From the NCBI RefSeq assembly GCF_006345805.1, contig NC_043008.1:57970001-58034000 (forward strand): a DNA stretch of 64,000 bases, read 5' to 3'. Source of the stretch: Octopus sinensis. Taxonomy: Eukaryota. This document shows positions 63,673-64,000 of the stretch, piece by piece (positions within the stretch are counted from its first letter, which is position 1; the number at the start of each line of letters is the position of its first letter). The translations under genes were made by a program, and so were the position numbers. The notes under the pieces were generated by a model, which saw only the letters and a list, made by a program, of their open reading frames with translations, did no database searches and had not been told where the DNA came from.

Positions 63673-64000
63673 GAGTATTAGCTGTAATTTTCTTAACTTT
63701 TGATGTAGAAATTATTCTACTAATACCAATAATCGTTAATTTATTATTTTCACCTTCAATTATCTATAGCATAGATATCACAGGAAAAGCATATGGCTTA
63801 GTGGTTAGGGTGTTTCACTTGCAATTGTAGGATTGTGGTTTCGATTCCTGGAATGGGCAGTGCATTGAGTTCTTGGGTAAAACACTTCCTTTCACGTTGC
63901 CCCAGTCCATTCAGCTGTAAAATGAGTTCTAGAAATAATTTGGAAGTTCGTCTTGTAATGGACTGGCGTTTCATGCAAAGTGGGGTGTGAGTGTTGTGTT

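Overview
AT-rich, repeat-dense animal genomic DNA. The SINE families and microsatellite load point to an Octopus genome (inferred from recognising the repeats; no search was run). Almost every ORF in the supplied track is a translated microsatellite or a transposon fragment. The only convincing host coding sequence is a 135-nt phase-1/1 exon of an alpha-arrestin (ARRDC-like) gene on the + strand (40723-40857). Two in-phase microexon candidates follow it (9 nt at 42965, 30 nt at 55398). I could not find its first coding exon or later exons, so most of the window is probably intronic. The rest is a nest of decayed mobile elements: mariner, maT-like, hAT- and piggyBac-type MITEs, RTE, CR1, R4/Dong-like, Hero-like, Penelope-like, Helentron-type elements and several tRNA-derived SINE families. 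The most notable signal is about 13 type-I hammerhead ribozyme motifs. Three have a canonical CUGANGA core (8193-8280 -, 12097-12150 +, 59092-59180 +). Ten are 35-36-nt minimal variants in two dispersed ~200-bp elements, with compensatory stem-I changes between the two families. Also present: a SINE-derived 146-bp tandem array, several long foldback hairpins and a 100-N assembly gap. Coordinates were counted by hand; repeat boundaries are approximate.
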